Below are positions 28,087 to 38,249 of a DNA stretch of 64,000 nucleotides, piece by piece. The DNA lies in NCBI GenBank assembly GCA_964587725.1, contig CAZPLO010000001.1, positions 1 through 64,000 of the forward strand, written 5' to 3'. The DNA comes from an uncultured archaeon. GTDB lineage: Archaea; Altiarchaeota; Altiarchaeia; IMC4; SCGC-AAA252-I15. Every line of letters begins with the position of its first letter. Position 1 is the stretch's first letter. Both the position numbers and the translations under genes were made by a program. The notes under the pieces are model-generated. The model was not told the origin of the DNA, did not search any database, and was given only the letters and a program-made list of their open reading frames with translations.

Positions 28087-28584
28087 CTACTTGAGGATGT
28101 CCCTCGCCAAGTTCAGCCGCTCTGCGACGGATTTCCCTTCCCTGGGCCTGTAGCCCTTGGTTTCCCCCACGTAGTCGAGCAGATCGCTCACGTTCGCGCC
28201 TGTGAGGCTGGCTGCCTGGGTTACGGAGACTCCGCGGCTGTGTAGCCGGGAGGCAATCTTTATCCTGGCTTTCCCGACGAGGCCGCCTTCGAAGAACCCG
28301 TGTTCGCTGTCGAATTTATCTATTTCAGAGAGTATGCCGTCGAAATCGTGTTCCCCCAGCTTCATCACCGCCTTTTCAGCGATTTCCTCTGTCTTCTCGC
28401 GCATGTGGAGTTTTATGTAGATTTTGTGGAAGCAGTAGGTTACCATGGCGAGCTTTATCATGTCCTCGCCCTGGGTGGTGGATGCTTCGTCGCTGTAGTG
28501 GGACGCGAGCTCCCGCAGCTTCACCGAATCCCCTGATTTTATGGCCTCCGCGACTTCATCAAGCTTTTTCACTGTAAACTCCAC
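28087..28584 (-). CDS. Conserved-looking hypothetical protein with C-terminal HTH-like segment
   Basis: KARIKIASRLHSRGVSVTQAASLTG...LLDYVGET; coupled to the upstream gene. Confidence 0.7.
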   Translation of the reverse strand: MEFTVKKLDEVAEAIKSGDSVKLRELASHYSDEASTTQGEDMIKLAMVTYCFHKIYIKLHMREKTEEIAEKAVMKLGEHDFDGILSEIDKFDSEHGFFEGGLVGKARIKIASRLHSRGVSVTQAASLTGANVSDLLDYVGETKGYRPREGKSVAERLNLARDILK

Positions 28585-29465
28585 CCGAAACGTTCCTTTA
28601 TGAGGTTGTATGCAGCCTCAGGGGGTATTACCCCGTACTCGGTCACAATCATGTTCACGTATTCTTTCTGGGTGACGTCGAATGCTGGGTTGAACACGCC
28701 CACACCTTCTATGTCGGCGACTTCCTTGGGGTCGCGTTCCTCAATTTCTGAAATCATACCCTGCATGCTGTAGGGGGAGAACTTTATGGATTCCGTGCAG
28801 ACTATGAATTCGACGCCCGCGTGCTTAGCGGTGACGGCAACCTGGCTGGTGCCTATCTTGTTTATGACGTCGCCGTTCGCGTACACGGTGTCCGCGCCCA
28901 CGAACACCTTCTTCACGTCGCGGTGTAGCATGGTGTGGTATGCTGCGCCGTCCACAATCAAGGTCACATCCACCCCCGCCGCCGATAGGTCTTTGGCTGT
29001 GATGTGGCCCTGCCACCTCGGCCGCGTCTCGCATGCGTACACCTTGAACCGTTTCCCCTGCCCCCACGCACGGGACATGGTTTCGGTGACTGTGCGGCTG
29101 TTACATATCGTCAACAAAATGTCGCCGTCTTCGATGAGGTTCGCGCCTATGTCGGCGGCCTTGTCTATGGACGAGTCCAGCTGGGATATGAAGTCCGACA
29201 CGTCCGCCAGCAGGGTGGCTTTGGCTATGCTGGGGTCCTCGTCTCGGTGGGATTCAGCCAGGTGGAGGATGTAGTTGATGGCATTCGGGAGTGAAACAGC
29301 GGTGGGCCGCGCATCCCTCAAGATGTCGCCGGCCTTCACCAGCTCGTCATACGACGCGCCCTCCGAAATCCTCTCCTCCAAGGCCTTGGACGCCGAGACC
29401 GCAATCTTCAACGCGCCCCGAACCTCCATGGACCGAATCTTGCCGGCGGTGTCTTCGACGGACAT
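28569..29465 (-). CDS. Ribose-1,5-bisphosphate isomerase (eIF2B-like family)
   Basis: MEVRGA, RPTAVSLPNA, LTICNS, ETRPRWQG, VGAD, NKIGT, NPAFDVT. Confidence 0.88.
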   Translation of the reverse strand: MSVEDTAGKIRSMEVRGALKIAVSASKALEERISEGASYDELVKAGDILRDARPTAVSLPNAINYILHLAESHRDEDPSIAKATLLADVSDFISQLDSSIDKAADIGANLIEDGDILLTICNSRTVTETMSRAWGQGKRFKVYACETRPRWQGHITAKDLSAAGVDVTLIVDGAAYHTMLHRDVKKVFVGADTVYANGDVINKIGTSQVAVTAKHAGVEFIVCTESIKFSPYSMQGMISEIEERDPKEVADIEGVGVFNPAFDVTQKEYVNMIVTEYGVIPPEAAYNLIKERFGWSLQ

Positions 29466-29485
29466 GGTAGAATATTGTTTTACAG

Positions 29486-32400
29486 TTATAAGTCCCTGAG
29501 GCCTTTTGTCCGCGGACGCCCGCGGGAGATGGCATATGCGGCTGCGGCAGCCAATGTAAACCCGGACGCAATCAGTAATCCCAGGTAGATGAGTGCTGTA
29601 GAGGCGCCGGCTTCCGGCTGCGTAGTGGACGTTGACTCCACTGCGGCGGGTGACGGAACCTCAGCCGCCAACGCTATAGTCGATGACGTTGGATGAGACG
29701 ACATCATTGTGGAGTATGTCGTCTGGGTTGGGGGGGTAGAGTGGGATGACGCTGTAGAGTAGATCGTTGAAGTAGACGACGTCGTTGTGGAGTATGTCTT
29801 CGTGGTGGTCGACTGGGTTGTAGTGGCCACGCCGACCGCCTCCACCATGCATTCCATAAGCCGGTACCCACTTTTGCTAGTCAGTATCTCGTATAAGCCG
29901 GGGGCGGAGGGCGTGAAGGATACTCTGCCCCCAGAGTCGGTTTTACCCTCAAACACGAGTTCACCACCGAGATAGATTGAAACCACAGCATTCATTATAA
30001 TAGCTCCTGTTCCGCGGCCATCATCCAGGCGGACGGTGATTCCGTATGGGACGCCGACCGTCAACTCACCCGGACACGCCATGCGCAGCTCAGGCTTAAC
30101 GCTCCTGCCCACGCCTCCGCCTCCGGGGGCGGGGACGCTGACAGTCAATGAATAGTTTGTGGAGTTTCCGGCGTTACCCACGGAGTCGAAGCAGGACACA
30201 CGCCAAGTGTATGCACCATCGGGGAGGTTTAGGGTGAACGACTGGGTTGTGTCCTCGGAGACTGTGTCGTCGGTCTCATTCAACGGGCCATTGAGGTAGA
30301 GGCTGCAGTTCGCCACATTAGACAATACGTCGGAGACGTTGTACCGGAGGGTTACCGTCGCGGATTGTGTTGTGGAACCGTTGTCCGGGCCCACAAGGTT
30401 CACTGTCGGCGGCGTCGAATCCGACTTCAATGATTGATTGCTATCTCCCCAGTCGCTGAGGTTGGCGTCGTCGTATGCGAGGCAGTTCCACAGGTAAAAA
30501 CCGTCTTCAAGTGTCCTGGCCCAGCCGATGGCGTTCGACAAATCAGATACGTCCGCGGTTTCGTTGGCGTGCCAGCCACTCCAGTTCCCGTACAGGGTTA
30601 TGTTCACCACGACGTTGTCGTCTACGGCGGAGCAATTGAAGGTCACGTTCGAAGAAGACGAGTTGAAGCCGTCCACAGGCGCGTCCAACACGACCGTGGG
30701 GGCTGAGACGCTGACCGTCAGGTTGTATGCGGACGAGTTCCCGACGTTGCCGACGATGTCGCTGCAGTTTATGCTCCAGTTGTATTGGCCGTTCGCCAGC
30801 ACCTTGGTGAAGGATTGTGTGGTGTCTTCGGCGACGGAGTCGTCTGAATCGTTCCAGACGCCATTCAGGTAGAAGGTGCAGTTTAGGATATGGGATGTGG
30901 TGTCGGACACGTTGTATTCGAAGTCTACAACATGGGTGGTCTGCTCCAGCGTGTCGTCTCCCGGACTCTCCAAATACACTGCAGGCGGTGTGGTGTCGAG
31001 CAGGTAAGTGTTTGTTTCAGATTTGTTGTAGTTGCCGTCGGAGTCGTTGGCGGACGCGTTCAGATAGTAGAGGTCGTCCGGCAGGTTGGTGATGTTCCAG
31101 TAGAGGGGGGTTGAGGCGGAGGAGTTGGTGGCGTGCAGGGTGGAGGAGTTGTAGAGGTATGCTGTGACGTTGATTAGGTTGTCGTCCACCGCAGACACGT
31201 TGGCTGTGACGTAGTCTCTGCTGTAGTTTCCGGCTGGCGTCGTGGGGTCGGCCAACGACACCTCCGGGGTGACCCACAGGTCCGAGAGGGGGAGGTAGTC
31301 AACGTTGTCTGGTGCTAGGGTGTGGATTTCGTCGCAGAAGCCGTCGAACAACGTGTCGTTGCAGTTTTCGCTGTGGCCGCTGCCGTCAGGATTGAGCCAG
31401 ACGTTCCCGCCCAACACGTTCCCGCCCAACACGTTAACACCGGTAGCATTTGTCGTGTTCCAGTCGTTATGGTATGTGGCGCCCGCGAACTGCGCATTGA
31501 CGGTGTTGTTGAAGAGGTTGTTGTATAAGCTGTTGTCGGGGCTGGAGTATAACATTACGCCGTAGTTGCTGTTGGCGGTGAAGTTGCAAGCGGATACGGT
31601 GTTGTTGGAGCAGTACATAAAGTACATGCCGTATGTGTTGCGTGTTATGGAGGAGTTCACCACCGACACGTTCACGCCGTAGTCGATGCGCGCCCCGTAA
31701 GAGCCGCTGCCGTTGAAGCGAAGGTCTTCGAGCATAGGGTGGTTTGAGTTGCTCACGTACAGACAGTAGTCTTTGCAGTAGTTCATGTGGATGGAGGTGA
31801 AGTTGCAGTAGTCGGAGTACTGGACTGATATGCCGTCGTCTGAGTTGTTGTCGGCTGTGAAGCCGTCGACGACCGCGTAGTGGGAGTAGTAGAGGGTCAG
31901 CGCCTCCTGGGTGTTGCTGTCGGCTGTGAGGTTGAAGAACCTGTTTCCGAACCCGTATCGGTCGTACACGCCGTAGACGTTTTCGTCCAAGGTGACGTTA
32001 CTCAAGGTGATGTTGGTGGAGTTGAGCATGTAGACGCCGTAGTATGCGTTGGTGGAGTTGGAATCCAGTATGCGGGAGTTGTTCGTCCGATACAAGAAAA
32101 TGAGGTCGTCTGCGGTCATTTTCACAGTCACGTTGTCGCAGCCTATCAGGCTCAAATGGGAGTATGCTGTTCCGTAGTCGAGCAGCTGGTTGTCCGGGCA
32201 GGGATTGTATACGCCGTCGAAGTATTTTACGGGCTTGCCGTTGATGGTGTTGCTGGCATCTATGTCGTTGACGTATTCGTCGGCAACCCAGAGACCTCTG
32301 ACCCTCCCCCGTAATATGCTGGTGTTCCTGAACGTGTTGTTCACGCTACTGGACAGGTAGCTTCCATAGGCGGTGTTGTTCTCCAGCCACAGGTCTGCGA

Positions 32401-34603
32401 GGTTGTTATATGAACTCGAATACATGTACAGCCCCCTTGAGTTGTCGCCCGCTGTTCCATTGAATATGTTATTGTATGAACTCGAAGACAGATAGAGGCC
32501 GTAGTATTTGTTGCCGTCTGCTGTTACGTTGAGTAGTGTGTTGTTCATGGAATCATCCACTTCAACCCCGATACCCCAGTCACCGTATAGGCCGTGGTTG
32601 TGGCTGGAGGTTGAGTTGATGAGTTTATTGCTGGAGCCCCCGGACAACAGGATTCCGTGTTCGGAGTTGTTGTACGTCCACACGTTCCTGACCGTGCTGT
32701 AGGCGGTCGAAGACAACAGGATTCCGCGGTTGTTGTTGGTTGCGTTCACGTACTCTATAAGGCCGCCGTAGTTCGAGGCGAAGAATATGCCTGACTTGTA
32801 GTGATGATTCGTCCCGGTTATCGGTGTTGCAGTACCCACACGGACAGTACAGTTTCTCACCCGGGTGTTGTTGTAGCCGGATGTTACACCATAGTAGTAG
32901 GTGTACAAACTGCTGTTGCCATAGTCTATTGTGTGGCCTAGGCAGTCAAGGGTGACGTTGTCCGCCTCGACAGTTATGCAAGTCTCCTCTGAGAAGACGT
33001 CGTTCAACAGATAATGTGTGGTGTCTTCCAAGGTGAGGTTCCTGCAGAAGGTGACGTTCTCCCCGGTTTCGACGTTAAATGATGTGGATGCCTCGCCCCA
33101 GCTGCCGGCGGTGTCGTTGCAGTAGAATGTGACATTGTGGAAACCGTCCGGTACTGTGGAGTTGACATAGCCAAAGTTGAAGGCCGTGATATTCCCCATG
33201 CTCGTATTTTCTCCGCCGTCGAGGCTGAATCCGCACCAGCTCCCCTCCTTGTCCAAGGTGACGTTAAAGTACACTGTCTGGGCGGAGTAGTTGCTGTACT
33301 GCGGCGAATCTATAGTAACCACCACCGGCTCACTCCCACCCTCTAAGACTATGTCGCGGACCTCATTATCGTTGCCGGAGAACATGAAATACGTTGAGTT
33401 TGTCAGGTAGCCGGCCTTGCTCGCGTTTAAGGTGTGGTTCCAGTAGGATGCGGTACCGGAGTGGTTTATGTAGTACACCAACGCCAGCAGGTCTGTCAGG
33501 CCCCCGGAGTCCGTCAGCACCTCATACTCCAATGTGCCGGATTCATTCCACAACCTGACCTTGGCGTCCTGCAGTTGTGACGTGCTGTTGGACACATTCA
33601 CCCGCAGATACCATTTCCGGACTAAATTACACGGCCAGTTTTCAGGCATGCCCCAATTCTGGAAGTATTCTGTCTCATAGGTTGAGTTCAGGAATGTGAC
33701 GTTCGAGCACTCGGACCGCATGTACAAGTCATAGTCGCCGGAGTTCTCAACCACAATGTTACTGTAGAGGTTGTGATTTCCCTGATTCAAATACATTCCA
33801 TAGTCTCCGCTGTTGTTGATGTACCCGTTGACAATGCTTATCCTGTCTGAGCGGTCGTTGTAGAAGCCAGTCCAGGAACCACCCTGTATTTCAACGCCTT
33901 CAAAGTGGTTGTCGTCTGCTAGAGAAACATAGACTGTGGAGCCCCGGACCACCACGTCCCTGTAGACGCCGTACTCGGACCACCGGATGTACATCATCTT
34001 GCCTATGGACTCCAAGTGTTCGCCGTAGGTGTACGTCTGGTCCTCCAAGTAGTAGTTGTATGAACCGCCGCTGCCGCTGACGGTGATGTTGGTCATGTTA
34101 AGGTAGTAGACGTTGGCGTTGTTGCTGTAGACGCCGTAGTATCCGTTCGACGACAGATTCAGGTTCTGGAGCAGCGCAGACCATGTGTTGCCAACCCAGA
34201 CACCAAATCGGGGGCTGGTGGTGCGGGTTGTCGTGATAAGGCAGTTCCGGACCGTGGAGTCGTTGTTATATAATTCTCCGGAGGATGGCAGGATGTAGAC
34301 TCCTGAGTAGAAGGTCGAGCCGGATGATGTCCCGTAGGTGACGGTGTTGCTCCAGCTAACACAGTCGAGTGTGACGTTGGATGCGTTTATGGTGAAGCAG
34401 GTGCCTGTTGAGGACACGGGCTGGGTGAGGCGATAGGTTTTGCCGGACTCGTTCAAGACGCGGCAGCCAGTGATGTCTTCGGTGTCTGCTGAAACGGTGG
34501 AGAGCATGAACAGTAGAGCAACGGCTGACAACACAGGATATTGTTTGACGTCCAATCCGCCACCTTTATGGATTCTACACCCCTTATTTAATTCGAGTAA
34601 CAC
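29486..34603 (-). CDS. Giant cell-surface glycoprotein with beta-helix (NosD-like) and Ig-like repeats
   Basis: Signal peptide, GIxL..S..N repeats, DTTPP/YxWxVxCxD Ig repeats, many NxS/T sequons, Thr/Ser linker, C-terminal TM. Confidence 0.88.
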   Translation of the reverse strand: MLLELNKGCRIHKGGGLDVKQYPVLSAVALLFMLSTVSADTEDITGCRVLNESGKTYRLTQPVSSTGTCFTINASNVTLDCVSWSNTVTYGTSSGSTFYSGVYILPSSGELYNNDSTVRNCLITTTRTTSPRFGVWVGNTWSALLQNLNLSSNGYYGVYSNNANVYYLNMTNITVSGSGGSYNYYLEDQTYTYGEHLESIGKMMYIRWSEYGVYRDVVVRGSTVYVSLADDNHFEGVEIQGGSWTGFYNDRSDRISIVNGYINNSGDYGMYLNQGNHNLYSNIVVENSGDYDLYMRSECSNVTFLNSTYETEYFQNWGMPENWPCNLVRKWYLRVNVSNSTSQLQDAKVRLWNESGTLEYEVLTDSGGLTDLLALVYYINHSGTASYWNHTLNASKAGYLTNSTYFMFSGNDNEVRDIVLEGGSEPVVVTIDSPQYSNYSAQTVYFNVTLDKEGSWCGFSLDGGENTSMGNITAFNFGYVNSTVPDGFHNVTFYCNDTAGSWGEASTSFNVETGENVTFCRNLTLEDTTHYLLNDVFSEETCITVEADNVTLDCLGHTIDYGNSSLYTYYYGVTSGYNNTRVRNCTVRVGTATPITGTNHHYKSGIFFASNYGGLIEYVNATNNNRGILLSSTAYSTVRNVWTYNNSEHGILLSGGSSNKLINSTSSHNHGLYGDWGIGVEVDDSMNNTLLNVTADGNKYYGLYLSSSSYNNIFNGTAGDNSRGLYMYSSSYNNLADLWLENNTAYGSYLSSSVNNTFRNTSILRGRVRGLWVADEYVNDIDASNTINGKPVKYFDGVYNPCPDNQLLDYGTAYSHLSLIGCDNVTVKMTADDLIFLYRTNNSRILDSNSTNAYYGVYMLNSTNITLSNVTLDENVYGVYDRYGFGNRFFNLTADSNTQEALTLYYSHYAVVDGFTADNNSDDGISVQYSDYCNFTSIHMNYCKDYCLYVSNSNHPMLEDLRFNGSGSYGARIDYGVNVSVVNSSITRNTYGMYFMYCSNNTVSACNFTANSNYGVMLYSSPDNSLYNNLFNNTVNAQFAGATYHNDWNTTNATGVNVLGGNVLGGNVWLNPDGSGHSENCNDTLFDGFCDEIHTLAPDNVDYLPLSDLWVTPEVSLADPTTPAGNYSRDYVTANVSAVDDNLINVTAYLYNSSTLHATNSSASTPLYWNITNLPDDLYYLNASANDSDGNYNKSETNTYLLDTTPPAVYLESPGDDTLEQTTHVVDFEYNVSDTTSHILNCTFYLNGVWNDSDDSVAEDTTQSFTKVLANGQYNWSINCSDIVGNVGNSSAYNLTVSVSAPTVVLDAPVDGFNSSSSNVTFNCSAVDDNVVVNITLYGNWSGWHANETADVSDLSNAIGWARTLEDGFYLWNCLAYDDANLSDWGDSNQSLKSDSTPPTVNLVGPDNGSTTQSATVTLRYNVSDVLSNVANCSLYLNGPLNETDDTVSEDTTQSFTLNLPDGAYTWRVSCFDSVGNAGNSTNYSLTVSVPAPGGGGVGRSVKPELRMACPGELTVGVPYGITVRLDDGRGTGAIIMNAVVSIYLGGELVFEGKTDSGGRVSFTPSAPGLYEILTSKSGYRLMECMVEAVGVATTTQSTTTKTYSTTTSSTSTIYSTASSHSTPPTQTTYSTMMSSHPTSSTIALAAEVPSPAAVESTSTTQPEAGASTALIYLGLLIASGFTLAAAAAYAISRGRPRTKGLRDL

Positions 34604-34648
34604 TTTTTATAAAGTATTAAGGGGTTTTCAAAACAATTTCAAACAAAG

Positions 34649-35710
34649 ATGAAGACGGAGCTGTCGAGCGTCGACCTGCGGGTGCTGGTGCGGGAGTTCC
34701 AGGAGCTGCTGGTCGGGTCGAGGGTGGATAAGGTGTTTCAGGTGGGTGAGCGGGAGCTGGTGTTCCGTTTATACGGGGGCGGGAGCAGGGAGCTCGTCTA
34801 CAACCCGGACTTCATCTGCTTGACAAGATACAGGCGGACGCCGCCGAAGCAGCCGTCTTCGTTCGCGATGCAGTTGAGGAAACACTTGAGGGGGAAGGAG
34901 ATAACTGGGGTCAGGCAGCACGGATTCGACCGCGTCGTGGAACTGTTATTCGATGAATATGTCTTGGTGTTCGAATTGTTCAGCAAAGGCAACGCCATAC
35001 TATGCGACAACGACATGAATATTCTGGGGTTGTTGGACTGGCAGAAGTGGCGGGCTAGGACGCTGGGTGTCGGAAAAAAATACGAGTACCCACCAGAGGT
35101 GACGGACCCCTACGAAGTCGACAGGGGAGGGTTCGACCGGATTATGGAGGAATCCGGGAAAGGTGTTGCGGCGACGCTTGCCACGAAGTTCAGCCTCGGC
35201 GGAGAATACGCCGAACAGGTGTGTGAAAAGGCCGGGGTTAAGCCGGACGCGGAGGAGGGCGGGGAAGAGCTGTGGCAGGCATTCAAATCGTTTCTGGAGC
35301 GCGTGGGCGGGGAAGTCGACGCACGGGTGTCGGAGGATGATGTTACTCCGTTCGGCGGAGACGGCGAGAAAAAGGAAACCTTCAACGACGCCGTCGACGA
35401 CTACTTCAGCAGGAAGGAGATTGCTGAGAAGAAGGACGTCATTGAATCCAGGGTAGACGACAGGAGGGGGAAGATAGAGGACATACTCCGGAAGCAGGAG
35501 GAAGCACTGGAGGACGCGGAGAAACGCGCTGAAGAAGAGAAGGGCATAGGCGACGCCATATACGCCCGCATGGTTGAAGTGGAGGAGGCCGGAGCTAAAG
35601 CCAGGGAGTTGCGTGACCGCGGCTTGTCGGACGAAGAAATACTCCAGGAACTCCGGAGATACGGGTTCGTGAAGGGCGTCAGCAGACCGGAGCTGGTTCT
35701 AGAATTCTAG
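34649..35710 (+). CDS. NFACT/Rqc2 N-terminal-domain protein
   Basis: MKTELSSVDL, FAMQLRKHL, QHGFDRVV, ELFSKGN..L.D, YEYPP; ends after the coiled coil. Confidence 0.88.
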   Translation: MKTELSSVDLRVLVREFQELLVGSRVDKVFQVGERELVFRLYGGGSRELVYNPDFICLTRYRRTPPKQPSSFAMQLRKHLRGKEITGVRQHGFDRVVELLFDEYVLVFELFSKGNAILCDNDMNILGLLDWQKWRARTLGVGKKYEYPPEVTDPYEVDRGGFDRIMEESGKGVAATLATKFSLGGEYAEQVCEKAGVKPDAEEGGEELWQAFKSFLERVGGEVDARVSEDDVTPFGGDGEKKETFNDAVDDYFSRKEIAEKKDVIESRVDDRRGKIEDILRKQEEALEDAEKRAEEEKGIGDAIYARMVEVEEAGAKARELRDRGLSDEEILQELRRYGFVKGVSRPELVLEF

Positions 35711-36030
35711 AGTGTAGCGCTGGATATGCAGTCGTTGAGGCGCCAGTCGTCGTTTTTTATGTTAAGGCAAATCTGGACGTCCCCGACCTTCTTAGCAACC
35801 TTATGATAACAGAGGTTGCGGAGGTTATGCATGCAAACGTCCGCACACAATGGAGCCTTGGAGCTGTGGACTGCAGCATCCACAATACACTGGTCCCTGG
35901 ACTCCCCCGCCAGCCTACCGCATACGACAAGCTCCGGCTTTGTTGAAACAGGGCATTCCGTCTCAGCCTCCGAAGTGGAGCCGATGCACCCGCAGACGAG
36001 CAGAACACACACTAGAGGCAGATACCTCAT
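35707..36030 (-). CDS. Cys-repeat putative lipoprotein
   Basis: LLVCGCI lipobox-like; RDQCIVDAA..LC, LCYHKVA..D.QIC..I. Confidence 0.72.
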   Translation of the reverse strand: MRYLPLVCVLLVCGCIGSTSEAETECPVSTKPELVVCGRLAGESRDQCIVDAAVHSSKAPLCADVCMHNLRNLCYHKVAKKVGDVQICLNIKNDDWRLNDCISSATL

Positions 36031-36071
36031 TTAGACCACCTATATATTGTTCAGTGGATAATATAAGGAGG

Positions 36072-38249
36072 ATGGATTTGAAGGACCTGCTGAAATCCAG
36101 TGTGTGGAAGCTGGGTGCGGTGGTCTTCGCCGTGTCCTTCGCGGCGAGGGCGGTGCTCGACTTCATGTTCCAGAGCCGCCTGGGATGGCATGCAGTCAAC
36201 CACGCGGAGTCCTGGCTGTATACCGGCGTCATGAAAGGCACCCATGTCACAGGCTACATGCTCCAAGACCCGACGGTGTGGCTTCTTCGCGGGGTGGGCG
36301 TTTTCTTCCCCGGCAACCTAGCACTGTATGGCGTGTTCTTAACCTCGGCGGCTTTGTCCGCCCTCACTGCCTCCCTCATACTCCTCCTGGCTTCGGAATT
36401 GTACGACAAGAAGACGGGGTTTATCGCAGGCATGGCATACGGGGGGATGGTGGAGCCCCTGGCTCTGTCGCTGTCGGGGTTCACCCACGACCACCTGCAG
36501 CTGCCGGTGATGGTGCTGCTGCTTTGGATGACAGTGAAGGCTGTTAAGGTCAAGGGCTGGATGCGGTACAGCCTGGTTGTCGCGTACGCGATCATAGTGT
36601 ATTGGGCGCGGTTCATCAACGAAGTCGTCTACGTCGCGGTCGGCGCATCCGCAGTGTATGTCGGATACGTTGTGCTTGAAAGATACTATGGGGGGAGGAA
36701 CGTACACGCCGCCTATATGACATTGGGTTTGGTGGCGTTGGCGGCCGCCGGTCAGTGGGGCCTCAACACGTACCTCGCATCCAAGCTCGAACTCCTCCCG
36801 CAGGGGAGGATGGGGAGCGTCGACGTGCTGCCCCTGAGCATGCTGACGTTCTGGCTCAGATACAACATGCTGTTGTTCCTCATGCCCTTCGGCGTAGCAG
36901 CCGCGTACAAAAGGAGGGACACTGTGGGGCTGACGCTTACGGCGGTCGGGTTTGTGGTGGCGACGGTGATGGACCGGGGTACGAGGATAAGCGACCTCGG
37001 CGTAGCGTTGTTGTTTTCTTACGCGGTCGTGGACTGGGGTGTGAAGGAGAAGGTCTTGGGGCTGGACAGGAGAAACAGGCTGTACCTGACCGCCGGTTCC
37101 GGGGTGCTTGCGTCCGCGTACGTCTACTTCAACACCCACCAGCCGCTGCATTACAACATCATATACCTTCTGGGGGGGGCAGTCCTACTCTTCACACTGT
37201 GGAGGGTCAATGGCGTGAAGGGCATGGTTGCCGCCGCTTCCGTTGTTGTTTTGGTGGGTGTAGCGGCCAACGCGGCGTACGTATACAATCTGGAGCCTAG
37301 GAGGATAGTGTCGGACACTGAATACCATGTCCTTGAATGGCTGCGCGGCAACAACGACGGAGGCATGGTGCTGACGGGGTGGGACCGCGGATACATGGTG
37401 GAGGTGGTGTCCGGGTTGGAAGCCGCTTCCACGCCGGGGAGGATACGGGCTGAAGTACACGACATGCTGTGGCAGCTGGACCGTCAGGCGGCAGCCAACC
37501 TCCGTAAAGCCGGCGTACGGTATGTGATGCTGACCAGCGAACACTTCAACGTGGTAAAGATGGGGGATGAGATGGCCTACCGGATAAGCGGGGGGTTAGT
37601 GTTCGCCCCAGAAAACCAGCCGCCGATGGAGTTCACCAACCGCCTCACAGTGTACAAGCTGAGACACGACACCGCACCCCGGTACTTCAGACTGTTGAAA
37701 AACGAGACGGACCCCTCCACTGGCGTGAAGGTGATGCTGTACGAGGTGGCTTCAGAACCGGCGGAGGGTTCGTTGGTCGGGGGCATCGCAGTCAACCACG
37801 GCTCTGAAAAAAACGCGTCCCTGGAGGCTGCAGCCTACGGCAGCAGGGAATACTCTGAGGTCTACGTGGAAACCTTCAAGTCGAACGAGGTGAAGGAGGT
37901 GGTGTATCCTGTGGGGAAGTGGATGCGGGAGTTCAACTGCAGTCTGGCGCCCGTGGACGAGTGGGGATACACCGGAACCATAACGTACCTGAACATGGGG
38001 GGAGCCCACACAGTTGACGCTAACGTTGTTTTAGTGGACGCGGGTTCAGGGGAGACTGTGGACTCCGCTCTCCTCAGGATTAGTTTCAGAGCAGGAGAAA
38101 AGAGGACAGTCCAGTACACCTTCAAACCCGAGGACCTGTCCAGGGAGTACCTAGTGGGCCACAACGTCATAGAAGGCGTCGACGTGTTGGAGAACGAGTC
38201 CACGCCCCCCGTCCTTGAGGGCGTGGGCGTGCTGGCTATGTTCTGCTAG
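36072..38249 (+). CDS. Multi-TM GT-C fold protein, AglB/STT3-like variant
   Basis: Many TMs, GFTHDH, VLTGWDRGYMV at the WWDYG position, extracellular C-terminal domain; SD AGGAGG before ATG 36072. Confidence 0.65.
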   Translation: MDLKDLLKSSVWKLGAVVFAVSFAARAVLDFMFQSRLGWHAVNHAESWLYTGVMKGTHVTGYMLQDPTVWLLRGVGVFFPGNLALYGVFLTSAALSALTASLILLLASELYDKKTGFIAGMAYGGMVEPLALSLSGFTHDHLQLPVMVLLLWMTVKAVKVKGWMRYSLVVAYAIIVYWARFINEVVYVAVGASAVYVGYVVLERYYGGRNVHAAYMTLGLVALAAAGQWGLNTYLASKLELLPQGRMGSVDVLPLSMLTFWLRYNMLLFLMPFGVAAAYKRRDTVGLTLTAVGFVVATVMDRGTRISDLGVALLFSYAVVDWGVKEKVLGLDRRNRLYLTAGSGVLASAYVYFNTHQPLHYNIIYLLGGAVLLFTLWRVNGVKGMVAAASVVVLVGVAANAAYVYNLEPRRIVSDTEYHVLEWLRGNNDGGMVLTGWDRGYMVEVVSGLEAASTPGRIRAEVHDMLWQLDRQAAANLRKAGVRYVMLTSEHFNVVKMGDEMAYRISGGLVFAPENQPPMEFTNRLTVYKLRHDTAPRYFRLLKNETDPSTGVKVMLYEVASEPAEGSLVGGIAVNHGSEKNASLEAAAYGSREYSEVYVETFKSNEVKEVVYPVGKWMREFNCSLAPVDEWGYTGTITYLNMGGAHTVDANVVLVDAGSGETVDSALLRISFRAGEKRTVQYTFKPEDLSREYLVGHNVIEGVDVLENESTPPVLEGVGVLAMFC

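Noticed and set aside
31401-31435. 15-bp tandem repeat
   Set aside because: In-frame duplication encoding NVLGG twice inside the surface protein
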